Position numbers and translations under genes: made by a program. Positions 20,165-29,303 of a DNA stretch of 64,000 bases are shown piece after piece; within the stretch, counting starts at the first letter, position 1; every line of letters begins with the position of its first letter. The notes beneath the pieces are model-generated. The model was not told the DNA's origin. It searched no databases and worked only from the letters and a program-made list of their open reading frames with translations. Source of the stretch: an uncultured Spirochaetota bacterium (lineage in GTDB: Bacteria; Spirochaetota; Spirochaetia; SZUA-6; Fen-1364); NCBI GenBank assembly GCA_963820525.1, contig CAWGAA010000001.1, positions 1,152,001-1,216,000 of the forward strand, written 5' to 3'.

Positions 20165-20193
20165 ATAGTAGCACCAAGCCTCAAGGCATGCAA
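20165..20193 (-). promoter_or_regulatory. Promoter of the cbbQ-like gene (leaderless arrangement)
   Basis: TTGCAT-17-TACTAT-6 nt-ATG on the minus strand; no SD. Confidence 0.55.
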
Positions 20194-20336
20194 ATTGAAT
20201 CGGGCGCTGTAGCGGCGCCGAACCGCCGAATCTCTGCTCACCGATGATATCGCCAGATGAGTCGTGATATAATCGTCCCGAACCTTCAGCCAAGCTGTAC
20301 AAGCATCTTGGCGTGTTCCTGATGAGGAGGCGGAGA

Positions 20337-21041
20337 ATGACGGATTTGCTGTGCCATCGCGACGCGTACCTCAGGGAGTTCGAGGCGAGAGTTGTCGAGG
20401 CGAACCCGATGGAGAACTCCGTGATCTTGGATCGCACCGCGTTCTACCCGGGCGGCGGCGGGCAGCCATGCGACCGCGGGTGGCTGAACGGCGTTCCCGT
20501 GCTTCGCGTCGGGCGGCAGGGAGAGGAGATCCGGCACTGGCTGGATGGGAAGCCGCCCGAGGCGGGCAGCGTGGTCACGGGGAAGCTCGACTGGGACCTC
20601 CGCTACAAGCTCATGAGGACCCATACGGCTTTCCACATCCTCTGCGGGGTCGTGTGGAGGGACTGGAAAGCCCAGGTGACGGGGGGAAACCTCGAGCCGC
20701 TCAAAGGCCGCATGGATTTCGAGTTCGAGACGCTGAAGCACGAGCTTGTCGAGGAGATCGAGAAGCGGGTGAACGCCGAGGTGGCGGCGGCCCGCCCCGT
20801 GTCGGTGCGCATCCTCCCGCGCGAGGAAGCCTTCAAGATCCCCGACCTCATCAGAACGAAGATCAACCTTCTGCCCGAGGGCATCCTCGAGGTGCGCACC
20901 GTGGAGATCCAGGGCCTCGACCTCCAGGCGGACGGCGGCACCCATGTCGCCAACACCCGGGAAGTAGGCAGGATCCGCGTGGCCGGCTACGAGAGCAAGG
21001 GAAGGATCAACAAGCGCATCAAGCTGGAAATCGGAGATTGA
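20337..21041 (+). CDS. alaX: Free-standing alanyl-tRNA editing protein (AlaX-M)
   Basis: LDRTAFYPGGGGQP.D.G, HTAFH, QADGGTH; AGGAGG RBS. Confidence 0.88.
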   Translation: MTDLLCHRDAYLREFEARVVEANPMENSVILDRTAFYPGGGGQPCDRGWLNGVPVLRVGRQGEEIRHWLDGKPPEAGSVVTGKLDWDLRYKLMRTHTAFHILCGVVWRDWKAQVTGGNLEPLKGRMDFEFETLKHELVEEIEKRVNAEVAAARPVSVRILPREEAFKIPDLIRTKINLLPEGILEVRTVEIQGLDLQADGGTHVANTREVGRIRVAGYESKGRINKRIKLEIGD

Positions 21042-21070
21042 GGCGCCGGGCCGCCGCGATTGGCTCGCGC

Positions 21071-21889
21071 TCAGTTACGGCCGGTGATGTCTCCCGTGTC
21101 GCCCCGTCCCTCGATGACATCCACGAGCCGATTCGCGAAGTATGGGGCCACTGCCGCGGCGAAGGCGACGTTGGGATGGGAATCGTTTAGTAGCGAATCC
21201 GCGTTGGCGTCGAGAAGGTAGAGCTCGTTCTCGCCCCCGGTCTCCAGAGTCCAGAAATCCCAGACGTAGATGTTGTCGCCGGGCGCATCCCAGGTATCCC
21301 TGACCCACGAGAAGAACGTGCGCGCCCTTTGAGCGGAGTCCGGGTTCGTGTCGGCCATTTTGAGGGCGGCCCCGGTCCACACAATGAACCTCGTGTTCGG
21401 GAACTCGTGCATTTTCGTCTTTATTGCGTTGTACTGAAGATAATAGTTCTGAAGCTGCTTGGACTCCGAGGCGACGTCCGCCGTGCCCGAGTCCACATCG
21501 ATGGCGCTCACGGGAAAACAGTGCTTGAACACGATCACTTCATAGTTTTGCGTGAGAATCTCCAGGGTGTCCTCGCTCATGAACTGAGTGGGGCCGGCGT
21601 TGTTCACCCAGATGTTCCAGTAATCGTAGGGGTAATTGTTCCAGGGGTAGGGCGATCCGGATGGATACGCTCTCTCCGTAATCTGATAATCCGTTGAATG
21701 GCCGGAGTTGTACGAAGCGACGGCGTCGGGCACGCCGCCGCTCCACACCACGCCTCCCGTGGAATGGTGGAGATAGATCACGTCCACCCTCCCCGTCATG
21801 GGATCCTGCAGTTTCGGTCCCCCGGAGGGCTGAGCGCAGGAGAGAAACACGGAGAGGCAAAGAAGGGTCGAGAGGACGTGTTTTTTCAT
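21071..21889 (-). CDS. Putative lipoprotein (possibly SGNH-like fold)
   Basis: MKKHVLSTLLCLSVFLS-C lipobox; YLHHSTG, FKHCFP, DSHPN; promoter TTGAAA-17-TATCAT at 21937-21909. Confidence 0.65.
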   Translation of the reverse strand: MKKHVLSTLLCLSVFLSCAQPSGGPKLQDPMTGRVDVIYLHHSTGGVVWSGGVPDAVASYNSGHSTDYQITERAYPSGSPYPWNNYPYDYWNIWVNNAGPTQFMSEDTLEILTQNYEVIVFKHCFPVSAIDVDSGTADVASESKQLQNYYLQYNAIKTKMHEFPNTRFIVWTGAALKMADTNPDSAQRARTFFSWVRDTWDAPGDNIYVWDFWTLETGGENELYLLDANADSLLNDSHPNVAFAAAVAPYFANRLVDVIEGRGDTGDITGRN

Positions 21890-21973
21890 GGCTTTTTCTC
21901 GGAATACCATGATAGCACCCTGAGGTGCCGTTTTCAATGCCGACGAACAGCCAACCGGCGGGCGCTCACAGTC

Positions 21974-22114
21974 CCTATCCCGTGCGGCATCGCGTTCCAG
22001 CTTCCGTGCATGCTGCCGCTCGTGGTCCTCTACGAGATCAGCGTGCTCGCGGCCCGGCGGATAGAAGCGCGGCGGGCGGCTACGCTGTCCCCGCAGGCCG
22101 CCTCGAAACCGTGA
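21974..22114 (+). pseudogene. tatC: TatC C-terminal remnant with internal deletion
   Basis: GIAFQLP joined directly to MLPLVVLYEISVLAARRIEARR; both resemble TatC segments normally ~45 aa apart. Confidence 0.55.
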
Positions 22115-23600
22115 TGGCCGTCCTGTCGGCCGGGCAGTTGGCCTGGCAGATCCCGCATCCGATGCAGAGCGCGGAAGCAACAGACGGGTATCTCAGGGTG
22201 ACGGTCCTCGAACCCTGAACGATTCGTTCCTGCCGAGCGAACACCACCGCTTTCTTCGGCGTGGGGCACACCTCCTCGCACACCAGGCACGGCTTCTTGT
22301 CCTTGAAGACCACGCAGCGGTTCTGGTCAATGGCGGCGAGCCCGATGGGCGTCGTCTGTTTCTCCGAAAGACTTTGAAGAGGAATGGCCTGGTTGGGGCA
22401 AACCTGCTGACAGACCTGGCAGCGGAAGTCGCAGCCGTTCTTCTCCATGTTCAGCCTCGGGGTGAACAGGCTCGCCGCTCCCGCCTCCAGTCCCGTGGAT
22501 TCGATGATGCCATTCGGGCAGGACTGCGCGCAGTGCAGGCACCTGATGCAGCGGCGGAGGAACCGCGCCTCGTCCACCACCCCGGGAGGACGCAGAAGAG
22601 GCGTGAGCGCGCCGGAGGCGGCGCCGCCGGAGCGGCCGGCGCCCAACCTTCCCGCGAAGCCCAGGCCTCCCAGCGCGGCGCCGACAATCGCGCCGCCTAC
22701 GATGCCCGCGCCCAGGATCAGGAACTCCCTGCGCGATGCATCGAAGGCCGAAGCCCGCGCGACCGTGCCCTTCACCTCGGCGCTCGAATCCGGAAACGCC
22801 CCGCCTCGCCTTCCCGTGGCGCGTGCATGCCGTGATGACGCCCGGGCCCTGGCCGGCCCGAACGAAAAGACCTCAGCCCTGCAGGAATGCTCGAAATCGA
22901 AGCACAGCGTGCATTGATGAGCCAGGACGGTGCGGCCGCGGTGGTCCGCCGCGTTCATGGGACAGCGAGCGCACGCCGCGCATCCCGCGCAGCCATGGAT
23001 GGCAAGCCGCAGGAAGGAAACGCGCGATAAAAGCCCATAGAGGGCGCCCAGCGGACAGAGGTACGCGCACCAGAGCCTTCGACCGAAAAGCGAGGATGCA
23101 ACAACCAGGCCGAGAAACACGATCCCCAGCGTCGAGAGCGAGAAGATGCGCACGGCCCATACATTAGGGTGGAAGTATGGCAGGAGACCCGGCGTGACGA
23201 ATGCCCCCAGGAGCGAAGCACCGAACAGCGCAATGGCCGGAGGAAACCGCACCAGAAGCGATCGGGGGGAGACGCCCCGCAGCCTGAGCGGGTTGGCCCT
23301 GCGCAGTGGGGTGAGGAGGAAATCCGAGAGCTCGATCAGGGCGCCCATGGGGCAGACCCACCCGCAGAAGAACCTGCCCAGGACCACGGTGACCAAAAGA
23401 AGCGCGAGAATCGGGGCCAGGAGCCAGAGGTCCAAGCGCGGGTTGGTCAGAAAGATGAGCGGATCGAAGCGAAGGAACGGGTTGGGAAAGGCGGAGAACG
23501 GGTCCAGGGAGCGCGCGTACGCCCAGGCGAACAGCAAGAGGAACGCGGCCTGGGAGGCGATCCTCGAACCCTTCAGCCACAGAAGAGCGCGTCTTTTCAT
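22080..23600 (-). CDS. Membrane polyferredoxin (NapH/MauN-like TM part fused to NapG/MauM-like 4Fe-4S part)
   Basis: GRFFCGWVCPMG, WCAYLCPLG, several CxxCxxCxxxCP motifs, internal SRREFL + TM. Confidence 0.85.
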   Translation of the reverse strand: MKRRALLWLKGSRIASQAAFLLLFAWAYARSLDPFSAFPNPFLRFDPLIFLTNPRLDLWLLAPILALLLVTVVLGRFFCGWVCPMGALIELSDFLLTPLRRANPLRLRGVSPRSLLVRFPPAIALFGASLLGAFVTPGLLPYFHPNVWAVRIFSLSTLGIVFLGLVVASSLFGRRLWCAYLCPLGALYGLLSRVSFLRLAIHGCAGCAACARCPMNAADHRGRTVLAHQCTLCFDFEHSCRAEVFSFGPARARASSRHARATGRRGGAFPDSSAEVKGTVARASAFDASRREFLILGAGIVGGAIVGAALGGLGFAGRLGAGRSGGAASGALTPLLRPPGVVDEARFLRRCIRCLHCAQSCPNGIIESTGLEAGAASLFTPRLNMEKNGCDFRCQVCQQVCPNQAIPLQSLSEKQTTPIGLAAIDQNRCVVFKDKKPCLVCEEVCPTPKKAVVFARQERIVQGSRTVTLRYPSVASALCIGCGICQANCPADRTAITVSRRPAGTA

Positions 23601-23612
23601 CGGGAAACCGGC

Positions 23613-24509
23613 CTACGCTTCCACCTTCCGAACGGAGTATCCAGCCGCCTTCCCGAGGCCGGCCCGCTCGGCTTGCCCGAGATAGGGAAGATCCGCCGCG
23701 GTTCTGCCGAAGAGCTTGGCCGCCTCGGCGTCCGCGCACACCACGTTCGAGGAAGCGATGAAGGTATCGAGCTTCTTTAGGGAGGCGGGGTCCCCGCCGG
23801 TGGGGCCTCCGCGCAGCATGATGGAGCCGGCGTCGATCAGGGTGAGACGCGACCTCACGGCCCGGTTGATGTCCGCGATGGAATCGTCGAGCTGCCAGTG
23901 CCACCTTCCCCGCTGGTCTCCCGTGATGCCCATGAGGTTTTTCATCCCGAGGGTGAGCCCCGCCTCGCCGTGATGCTTCGCGATGGGCGCGTTGATAAAG
24001 CTATCAGATTCCAGCACATGCCTGTTCACGAGGGATTCCTTGAGGAAGTATGCATCGGGGATGGAAATCCGCTTGTAGAGACGGTCCGAGACCTCATCCA
24101 CCTGGATTACCTTTGCGCCCGCCTCCTCCGCCGCCCTCTGGATCCCGGAGGTGACATAGGACAGGTGGGAATTGGAAACGGAGCGGTCGAAGACGTAGAC
24201 CTTCGAGGCGCCGGCCATGAAGGCGAGATGGACCAGGGTGCGGACCACGATGGGATGAGTCGTCGCTCCGACTTCGGGAGGCGAGTTCCACCCGATGTTG
24301 GGCTTCACCACCACCACGTCGCCGTGCTTCACGTACCGCCCGATTCCTCCCACCAGGTCCACGGCCCTGGTCACGACCTTCTGGTAGTCGGCCCCCGACG
24401 CAATGCCCACATCGGGGGTGAGGATTGCGGGCCCGGCGGACCAGAGCCGCCGAGTCATGAAGTAGAACGAGCCGCCGAGCACGGCCGTGATGAATTCCCG
24501 CCGGGTCAT
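23613..24509 (-). CDS. DUF362 protein with Tat-like signal
   Basis: MTRREFI signal; VVVKPNIGW, TTHP, INAPIAKHH, TLGMKNLMG; TTGCGC-17-TATCAT-6 nt-ATG. Confidence 0.85.
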   Translation of the reverse strand: MTRREFITAVLGGSFYFMTRRLWSAGPAILTPDVGIASGADYQKVVTRAVDLVGGIGRYVKHGDVVVVKPNIGWNSPPEVGATTHPIVVRTLVHLAFMAGASKVYVFDRSVSNSHLSYVTSGIQRAAEEAGAKVIQVDEVSDRLYKRISIPDAYFLKESLVNRHVLESDSFINAPIAKHHGEAGLTLGMKNLMGITGDQRGRWHWQLDDSIADINRAVRSRLTLIDAGSIMLRGGPTGGDPASLKKLDTFIASSNVVCADAEAAKLFGRTAADLPYLGQAERAGLGKAAGYSVRKVEA

Positions 24510-24634
24510 GGAGGAATGATAATGCCAGGAAGCTGTCGGCGCAATATGGAGTTGGGGAAGCCCTGCCGCAATGCCGAGACCATTGCTGCCGCCGCGCTCT
24601 CCGCTGTAGAATATGCGCCGGCAAGGAGTAAACG

Positions 24635-25090
24635 ATGGCAAGTCTCGCGCGCTTCGGTGTGTCTATTGAAGAACCCCTCCTGCATGAGTTCGACAAGCTT
24701 ATCGCGAAAAAAGGGTACTCGAACAGGTCCGACGCCATTCGAGCGCTCATCCGCACCATGCTTTTCGAGACGAAGACCGAGGAAAACCCCGATCTGGAGG
24801 TGATCGGCACGATAACGCTGGTCTATGACCATGGAAGCGGGGACTTGCCCATGCGGCTGACGGATCTCCAGCACCATCACCACCGGTCCATCGTCTCCAC
24901 CCTCCACGTCCATTTCGACCAGCATAACTGCCTCGAGGTTCTCGTCGTTCGAGGAAGCCAGGAAGAGGTGCGCGCCATTGCGGATTCCCTGATCGGAACG
25001 CGCGGCGTTCATCAGGGCAGGCTGATCTTGAACGCCGGGGCGAAAAAAAGCGGACGGCGGGCTTCGGCGCACGGACACGCGCGGCACTGA
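24635..25090 (+). CDS. nikR: Nickel-responsive regulator NikR
   Basis: RFGVSI ribbon, NRSDAIR, YDH, HVH...CLEV. Confidence 0.95.
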   Translation: MASLARFGVSIEEPLLHEFDKLIAKKGYSNRSDAIRALIRTMLFETKTEENPDLEVIGTITLVYDHGSGDLPMRLTDLQHHHHRSIVSTLHVHFDQHNCLEVLVVRGSQEEVRAIADSLIGTRGVHQGRLILNAGAKKSGRRASAHGHARH

Positions 25091-25140
25091 TTCGCGCGGG
25101 CGGAGAGATTCCGGCGGGCGATGAGAATCCCCCATCAGGC

Positions 25141-25203
25141 TTGACAGGCGTGCCCCGGACGAGGTAGCGTTCCCCGGTAGCACGAATCACAAAAATGTAG
25201 CAC
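25141..25203 (+). promoter_or_regulatory. nik(MN)QO promoter with candidate NikR operator
   Basis: TTGACA(25141)-18-TAGCGT; GTAGCAC-N13-GTAGCAC at 25177-25203. Confidence 0.7.
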
Positions 25204-25225
25204 AGAAGCCGCTGGAGGGAGAACG

Positions 25226-26221
25226 ATGCACATCCCCGACAACTATCTCAGCCCGGCCAGCTGCGCTGCCATGGGAGCCGCAATGGCGCCGGTCTGGGCA
25301 ATCGCGGCGCGCAGGGTTTCGCGCGAGGTATCCAAGACGAGGATCCCCCTGCTGGGGATCGGCGCCGCCTTCTCCTTTCTCATCATGATGTTCAATATCC
25401 CCCTGCCGGGCGGCACGACGGGCCACGCGGTGGGCGGGGTTTTGCTGGCCGTGCTCCTCGGCCCCTGGTCGGCCTGCATATCGGTTTCGATCGCGCTGAT
25501 CATCCAGGCCGTGATGTTCGCGGACGGCGGAATCCTCGCCTATGGGGCGAACTGCTTCAACATGGCGTTCGTCATCCCCTTCTTCGGATATTACGCGTAC
25601 AGGTTCGTCAGGGAAAGGGTGAAGGGAGAGAAGGGCGAATACGCCGGCCTGGCGGCGGGCTCGTACATCGGGATCAATCTGGCCGCGTTGTCCGCGGCGA
25701 TCGAGCTGGGCATCCAGCCCTCCCTCTTCACGACCGCCGCCGGATTGCCCCTGTACTGTCCGTATCCGCTCTCCATTTCGGTTCCCGCCATGCTCATCCC
25801 TCACCTGGCGGTGGCCGGCGTGGTCGAGGCGATCTTCACGGTAGCTATTTTCATCTTCATCCGTCGGGTTTCCCCGGCCGCGATTCACGAGGGTCCCCGG
25901 ATGGCCACGAAACCGCTCTACGGGATGTTGATCGTCCTGATCTGCCTCTCGCCTCTCGGGCTTCTCGCAGCAGGGACCGCATGGGGAGAATGGGGCGCGA
26001 AAGAGATCGCGCACGTCGCAGCCGGCGGAAGCCCTCTCGGCTTCGTTCCTGAAGGAATGCGCACGGGCCTGAGCTTCAGCGCCCTTTTCTCCGGCTACGC
26101 GATACGGGGCCTGCCTGACTTCGCGGGCTACGCGATCTCGGCCGTCGCCGGGGCCTCGGTTCTCCTCATCTCTTTCAAGCTCTTCGCCCTTCTTAAAGGC
26201 CGGCTCAAGGCCCGGACATAA
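25226..26221 (+). CDS. nikMN: ECF Ni/Co transporter S component, fused Nik(MN)/CbiM
   Basis: N-terminal MHIPDNYL metal-binding motif, GTTGH, AWGEWG C-terminal domain. Confidence 0.92.
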   Translation: MHIPDNYLSPASCAAMGAAMAPVWAIAARRVSREVSKTRIPLLGIGAAFSFLIMMFNIPLPGGTTGHAVGGVLLAVLLGPWSACISVSIALIIQAVMFADGGILAYGANCFNMAFVIPFFGYYAYRFVRERVKGEKGEYAGLAAGSYIGINLAALSAAIELGIQPSLFTTAAGLPLYCPYPLSISVPAMLIPHLAVAGVVEAIFTVAIFIFIRRVSPAAIHEGPRMATKPLYGMLIVLICLSPLGLLAAGTAWGEWGAKEIAHVAAGGSPLGFVPEGMRTGLSFSALFSGYAIRGLPDFAGYAISAVAGASVLLISFKLFALLKGRLKART

Positions 26222-26224
26222 GTC

Positions 26225-27031
26225 ATGATGGCCCCACTCATGCCAAGCTGGCTCCTGAAGGGAGAGGACTACGCTCCCCGGACGGACAGGGAAGCCTTCA
26301 TCGATCGGAGCATCGAGTCGCTGCTTCGCGTGCTGTCGAAGCTGCGCGCCCAGGATCGACCCGGGAAAGCGAGGCTTGCCTTCAGCGCGCACGCAAAGAT
26401 TCTCTCCACGGTGGTCGCGATCATTCTCCTTTCACTCTCGCAGAACCCCTCTTTCCTCCTGATCGCCGGCACCGTTTTGCTCGTTCTCCTGGGCATCCAG
26501 CGGGGAGAGCTGATCCTGAAAACCCTAAAAGCGTGCATACCCGCGGCGGCGCTGACCTTTGTCGTGATGCTCCCCTCCGTGTTCTGGGGAAACTCCAGGG
26601 GCGTCGTCATGATTTCAGCCAAGGTGTTTCTCTCCGTCGCCGCCGTGAGGCTCCTGTCGGGCACGACCGGGTGGACGCCGATGACGCGCGCTTTGAAAGC
26701 GCTCCGGGTTCCCGACATATTCCTTCTCGTCCTCGACACCACCGTCAGGTACATCGTGCTCCTCGGGGAGCTCTCTCTCGCCATGTTGTATGCCGTGAAG
26801 CTCAGGTCCGTGGGCAGAAACGGCGGAAAGGCGGCCTCGATCTCGGCGATTGCCGGCACTCTCTTCCTCAAGTCCCGGGACATGGCCGAGGACATGTATG
26901 CCGCGATGGAGTGCCGCTGCTTTACGGCAAGCTATGCGGTCAGGCGGAGGTTCGTGCCCTCTCCCGTCGATGCGCTTCTCCTGGCGCTGGACGGCCTGTT
27001 CATCCTCGCCTTCTTCGCGACGGGGAGCTGA
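26225..27031 (+). CDS. nikQ: ECF transporter T component (NikQ/CbiQ)
   Basis: TM helices, LRVP..TVRYI, AMECRCF. Confidence 0.85.
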   Translation: MMAPLMPSWLLKGEDYAPRTDREAFIDRSIESLLRVLSKLRAQDRPGKARLAFSAHAKILSTVVAIILLSLSQNPSFLLIAGTVLLVLLGIQRGELILKTLKACIPAAALTFVVMLPSVFWGNSRGVVMISAKVFLSVAAVRLLSGTTGWTPMTRALKALRVPDIFLLVLDTTVRYIVLLGELSLAMLYAVKLRSVGRNGGKAASISAIAGTLFLKSRDMAEDMYAAMECRCFTASYAVRRRFVPSPVDALLLALDGLFILAFFATGS

Positions 27032-27032
27032 C

Positions 27033-27758
27033 GTGATAGATCTCAGGGATGTCTCGTATCGCTATGAGGATGGCGAGGCCCTCCGTCACGTCGATCTTCA
27101 TATCTCCCGGGGCGAATCGGTGGCGTTCATCGGCCCGAACGGCTCGGGAAAGTCCACGCTGCTGAAGCTTCTCAACGGCATTATCGCCCCCCACCAGGGC
27201 AGCTACTTCTTTGAAAACGTGGAGATCACCGGCAAGAAACTGAGGGATTCCGCCTTCGCGAAGCGCTTTCACCAGAAGATCGGATTTCTCTTTCAGAACG
27301 CGGATGCCCAGCTGTTCTGCCCCGCCGTCTACGACGAGGTGGCGTTCGGGCCGAGGCAGATGGGCTTCAGTGAAGGCGAGGTTGATGCTCGTGTCCTCGA
27401 TTGCTTGAAGTTGATGAACATCGAGCATCTCAAGACCCGCATTCCCTATCACCTGAGCGAAGGGGAGAAACGGAAGGTCGCCTTTGCGAGCGTTCTCGCG
27501 TTGAACCCGGACGTCCTTGCCCTCGATGAACCGATGAATGGGCTCGATGCCAGGACGAAGCGCTTCATCCGCGAGGTCATCCGCGCCCTGCACGCGGCGG
27601 GCAAGACCATCCTCTGCTCCACGCATGATTTCAAGTATGTCGAAGGGCTGTTCGTCCGCGGCATCGTCATCTCGGACGGCCACACGATTGTCCGTGATGA
27701 CGACTATGGCGCGATTCTGGCAGACACCGATTTCCTGACCGCCTGCAACATCCTCTGA
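27033..27758 (+). CDS. nikO: ECF transporter ATPase (NikO/CbiO)
   Basis: GTG start; GPNGSGKS, FQNADAQLF, LSEGEKRK, LALDEP. Confidence 0.9.
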   Translation: MIDLRDVSYRYEDGEALRHVDLHISRGESVAFIGPNGSGKSTLLKLLNGIIAPHQGSYFFENVEITGKKLRDSAFAKRFHQKIGFLFQNADAQLFCPAVYDEVAFGPRQMGFSEGEVDARVLDCLKLMNIEHLKTRIPYHLSEGEKRKVAFASVLALNPDVLALDEPMNGLDARTKRFIREVIRALHAAGKTILCSTHDFKYVEGLFVRGIVISDGHTIVRDDDYGAILADTDFLTACNIL

Positions 27759-27769
27759 AGCCCGGGCGA

Positions 27770-28471
27770 TCATTGCGCCTCGCCGGATTCCTCCAGCGCG
27801 TAGGCTATCGCCTCTGCAAGGCTCATCGCTTTGCCCTGGCTCCACGCCCGCCCGTAGGCCTCCTCCCCCAGCTTTTCTCGAACGAGGGCCGTCTCTCCCG
27901 CGAAATCGAAGACAAAGGGCCGCAGAGACCAGACAGGGGGAATGAGCCGCAATCGAAGATCGTCGGCCGCGGCGACAAACCGGGCAGCGCGCTCGAGGCT
28001 GCCTTCCGCCTTGGCAACAAGCGCGAGCACCAACAGACAATACTGGGTGCCCACGGTCTCTCGAAACTCCCTGTAGAGCGTGAGGCTCTTCCTCGCCAGG
28101 GCCGCCGCCTTTGCGTAGTCCGCGCCGCGCGCCGAGAGGTATCCCAGAAACACGAGGGATCCGGCGACGCCCCACTTGCGGACCCGAAGCGGCGTCGACG
28201 TGCTCCACTGTTCGGCGATCAGCTCCTGCTGGATGGCGCAGGCGGCCGCCACGGCATCCGTTGCGCGCGGGAAAACCGCGAAACGGCTGTCCCCTTCGCC
28301 CCGGGGCCGCACAATAGTTCCGCCGTGCCGCACCACTCCGCCTTCAACAAGCGCGTCGTGGCGCATCAGCGCGCGTCGCATCACCTCGGGGTCGCGTTCC
28401 CACAGCTCCGAGCTTGCCTCGATGTCGGTGAGCAGATAGGTAAGCGTTCCAGCGGGAAGAACGGGAGCCAT
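27770..28471 (-). pseudogene. Internally deleted class III cyclase-ATPase-TPR protein
   Basis: LPAGTLTYLLTDIEASS..GEGDSRFAVF..PLRVR fused in frame at 28177/28178 to the TPR tail ending MSLAEAIAYAL. Confidence 0.7.
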
Positions 28472-29280
28472 CAGCCCCCCGCATGCAGGACGCGGACGGC
28501 CACGGGAGCCGTCCGGCCTTTCAGGCTCAGGAGCCTGCTCTCGAGGCCCTCGGGCTCCAGGTTCGCCCCGGCGAGCGCATCCTCGGTTACAAGGATCTCT
28601 CCGGGGCCGGCCAGGCCGGCCAGGCGCGCCGTCGTGTTCACCGCGTCTCCCAGCGCCGTGAAATCGGACAGGCCTCCCTTGGAGCCAACGGCCCCCACGA
28701 AGGCCTTCCCCTTGTGAACGCCGACCCCGACCGGGATCCAGGGATCGCCCCGTCCCCCGTGGCCGGTGGCGCGTAGAAGCTCGCGGGCCGCCTGGACCGC
28801 CCGCCGCGTGTACTGCCCTCCCGCGAACCCTGAGGTATAGAGCGCCGCAACCTCGTCTCCGATGAGCTTTTCGATCAGGCCGTCGCTTTTTACAAGCACA
28901 TCGGTGGCCACGCGGTAGAAGCGGTCTATCAGGCGGCTGAACTCTCCATCCCCCAGCCTCTCGGCGAGCGCAGTTGAGCCGCGGATGTCTGCAAACACCA
29001 TAGCCAGCTCTATCTCGGCGCCGCCGGGATGCTGCCGGGCGAACACCTCGCAGTTGTTGCAGAACGTCGGATTCGCCTTTGCGGGCTCCTTGCCCATGAA
29101 AACCCTCACCAGGGTTCCCCCGATCCCCTCGAAGGGGGCATTGCAGATCCGGCAGCGGGGATTTCGCGGCAGCAGTTTCAAGATGTGGCGAAACAGACCG
29201 ACATCCATGTATTCGCGGCCCGTCGTGAGAAGCATCTCCCATGCCTTTTCGAAGCGGGCATCCTCTTTTGTCTCCGACAT
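28471..29280 (-). CDS. Class III adenylyl cyclase with N-terminal Cys4 motif
   Basis: CRIC..CNNC; FADIRGST, EKLIGDEV, DFTALGDAVNTTARL. Confidence 0.9.
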   Translation of the reverse strand: MSETKEDARFEKAWEMLLTTGREYMDVGLFRHILKLLPRNPRCRICNAPFEGIGGTLVRVFMGKEPAKANPTFCNNCEVFARQHPGGAEIELAMVFADIRGSTALAERLGDGEFSRLIDRFYRVATDVLVKSDGLIEKLIGDEVAALYTSGFAGGQYTRRAVQAARELLRATGHGGRGDPWIPVGVGVHKGKAFVGAVGSKGGLSDFTALGDAVNTTARLAGLAGPGEILVTEDALAGANLEPEGLESRLLSLKGRTAPVAVRVLHAGG

Positions 29281-29303
29281 TTCCCCCTCCTCACCTGCTC
29301 GCA

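Noticed and set aside
25091..25225. Cobalamin riboswitch upstream of the cbiM-like gene
   Set aside because: The region is short, lacks a B12 box and is explained by a promoter plus NikR-like operator
27770..29242. 490-aa ORF as given in the track
   Set aside because: Its first 257 codons overlap the real cyclase out of frame; the plausible start is ATG 28471
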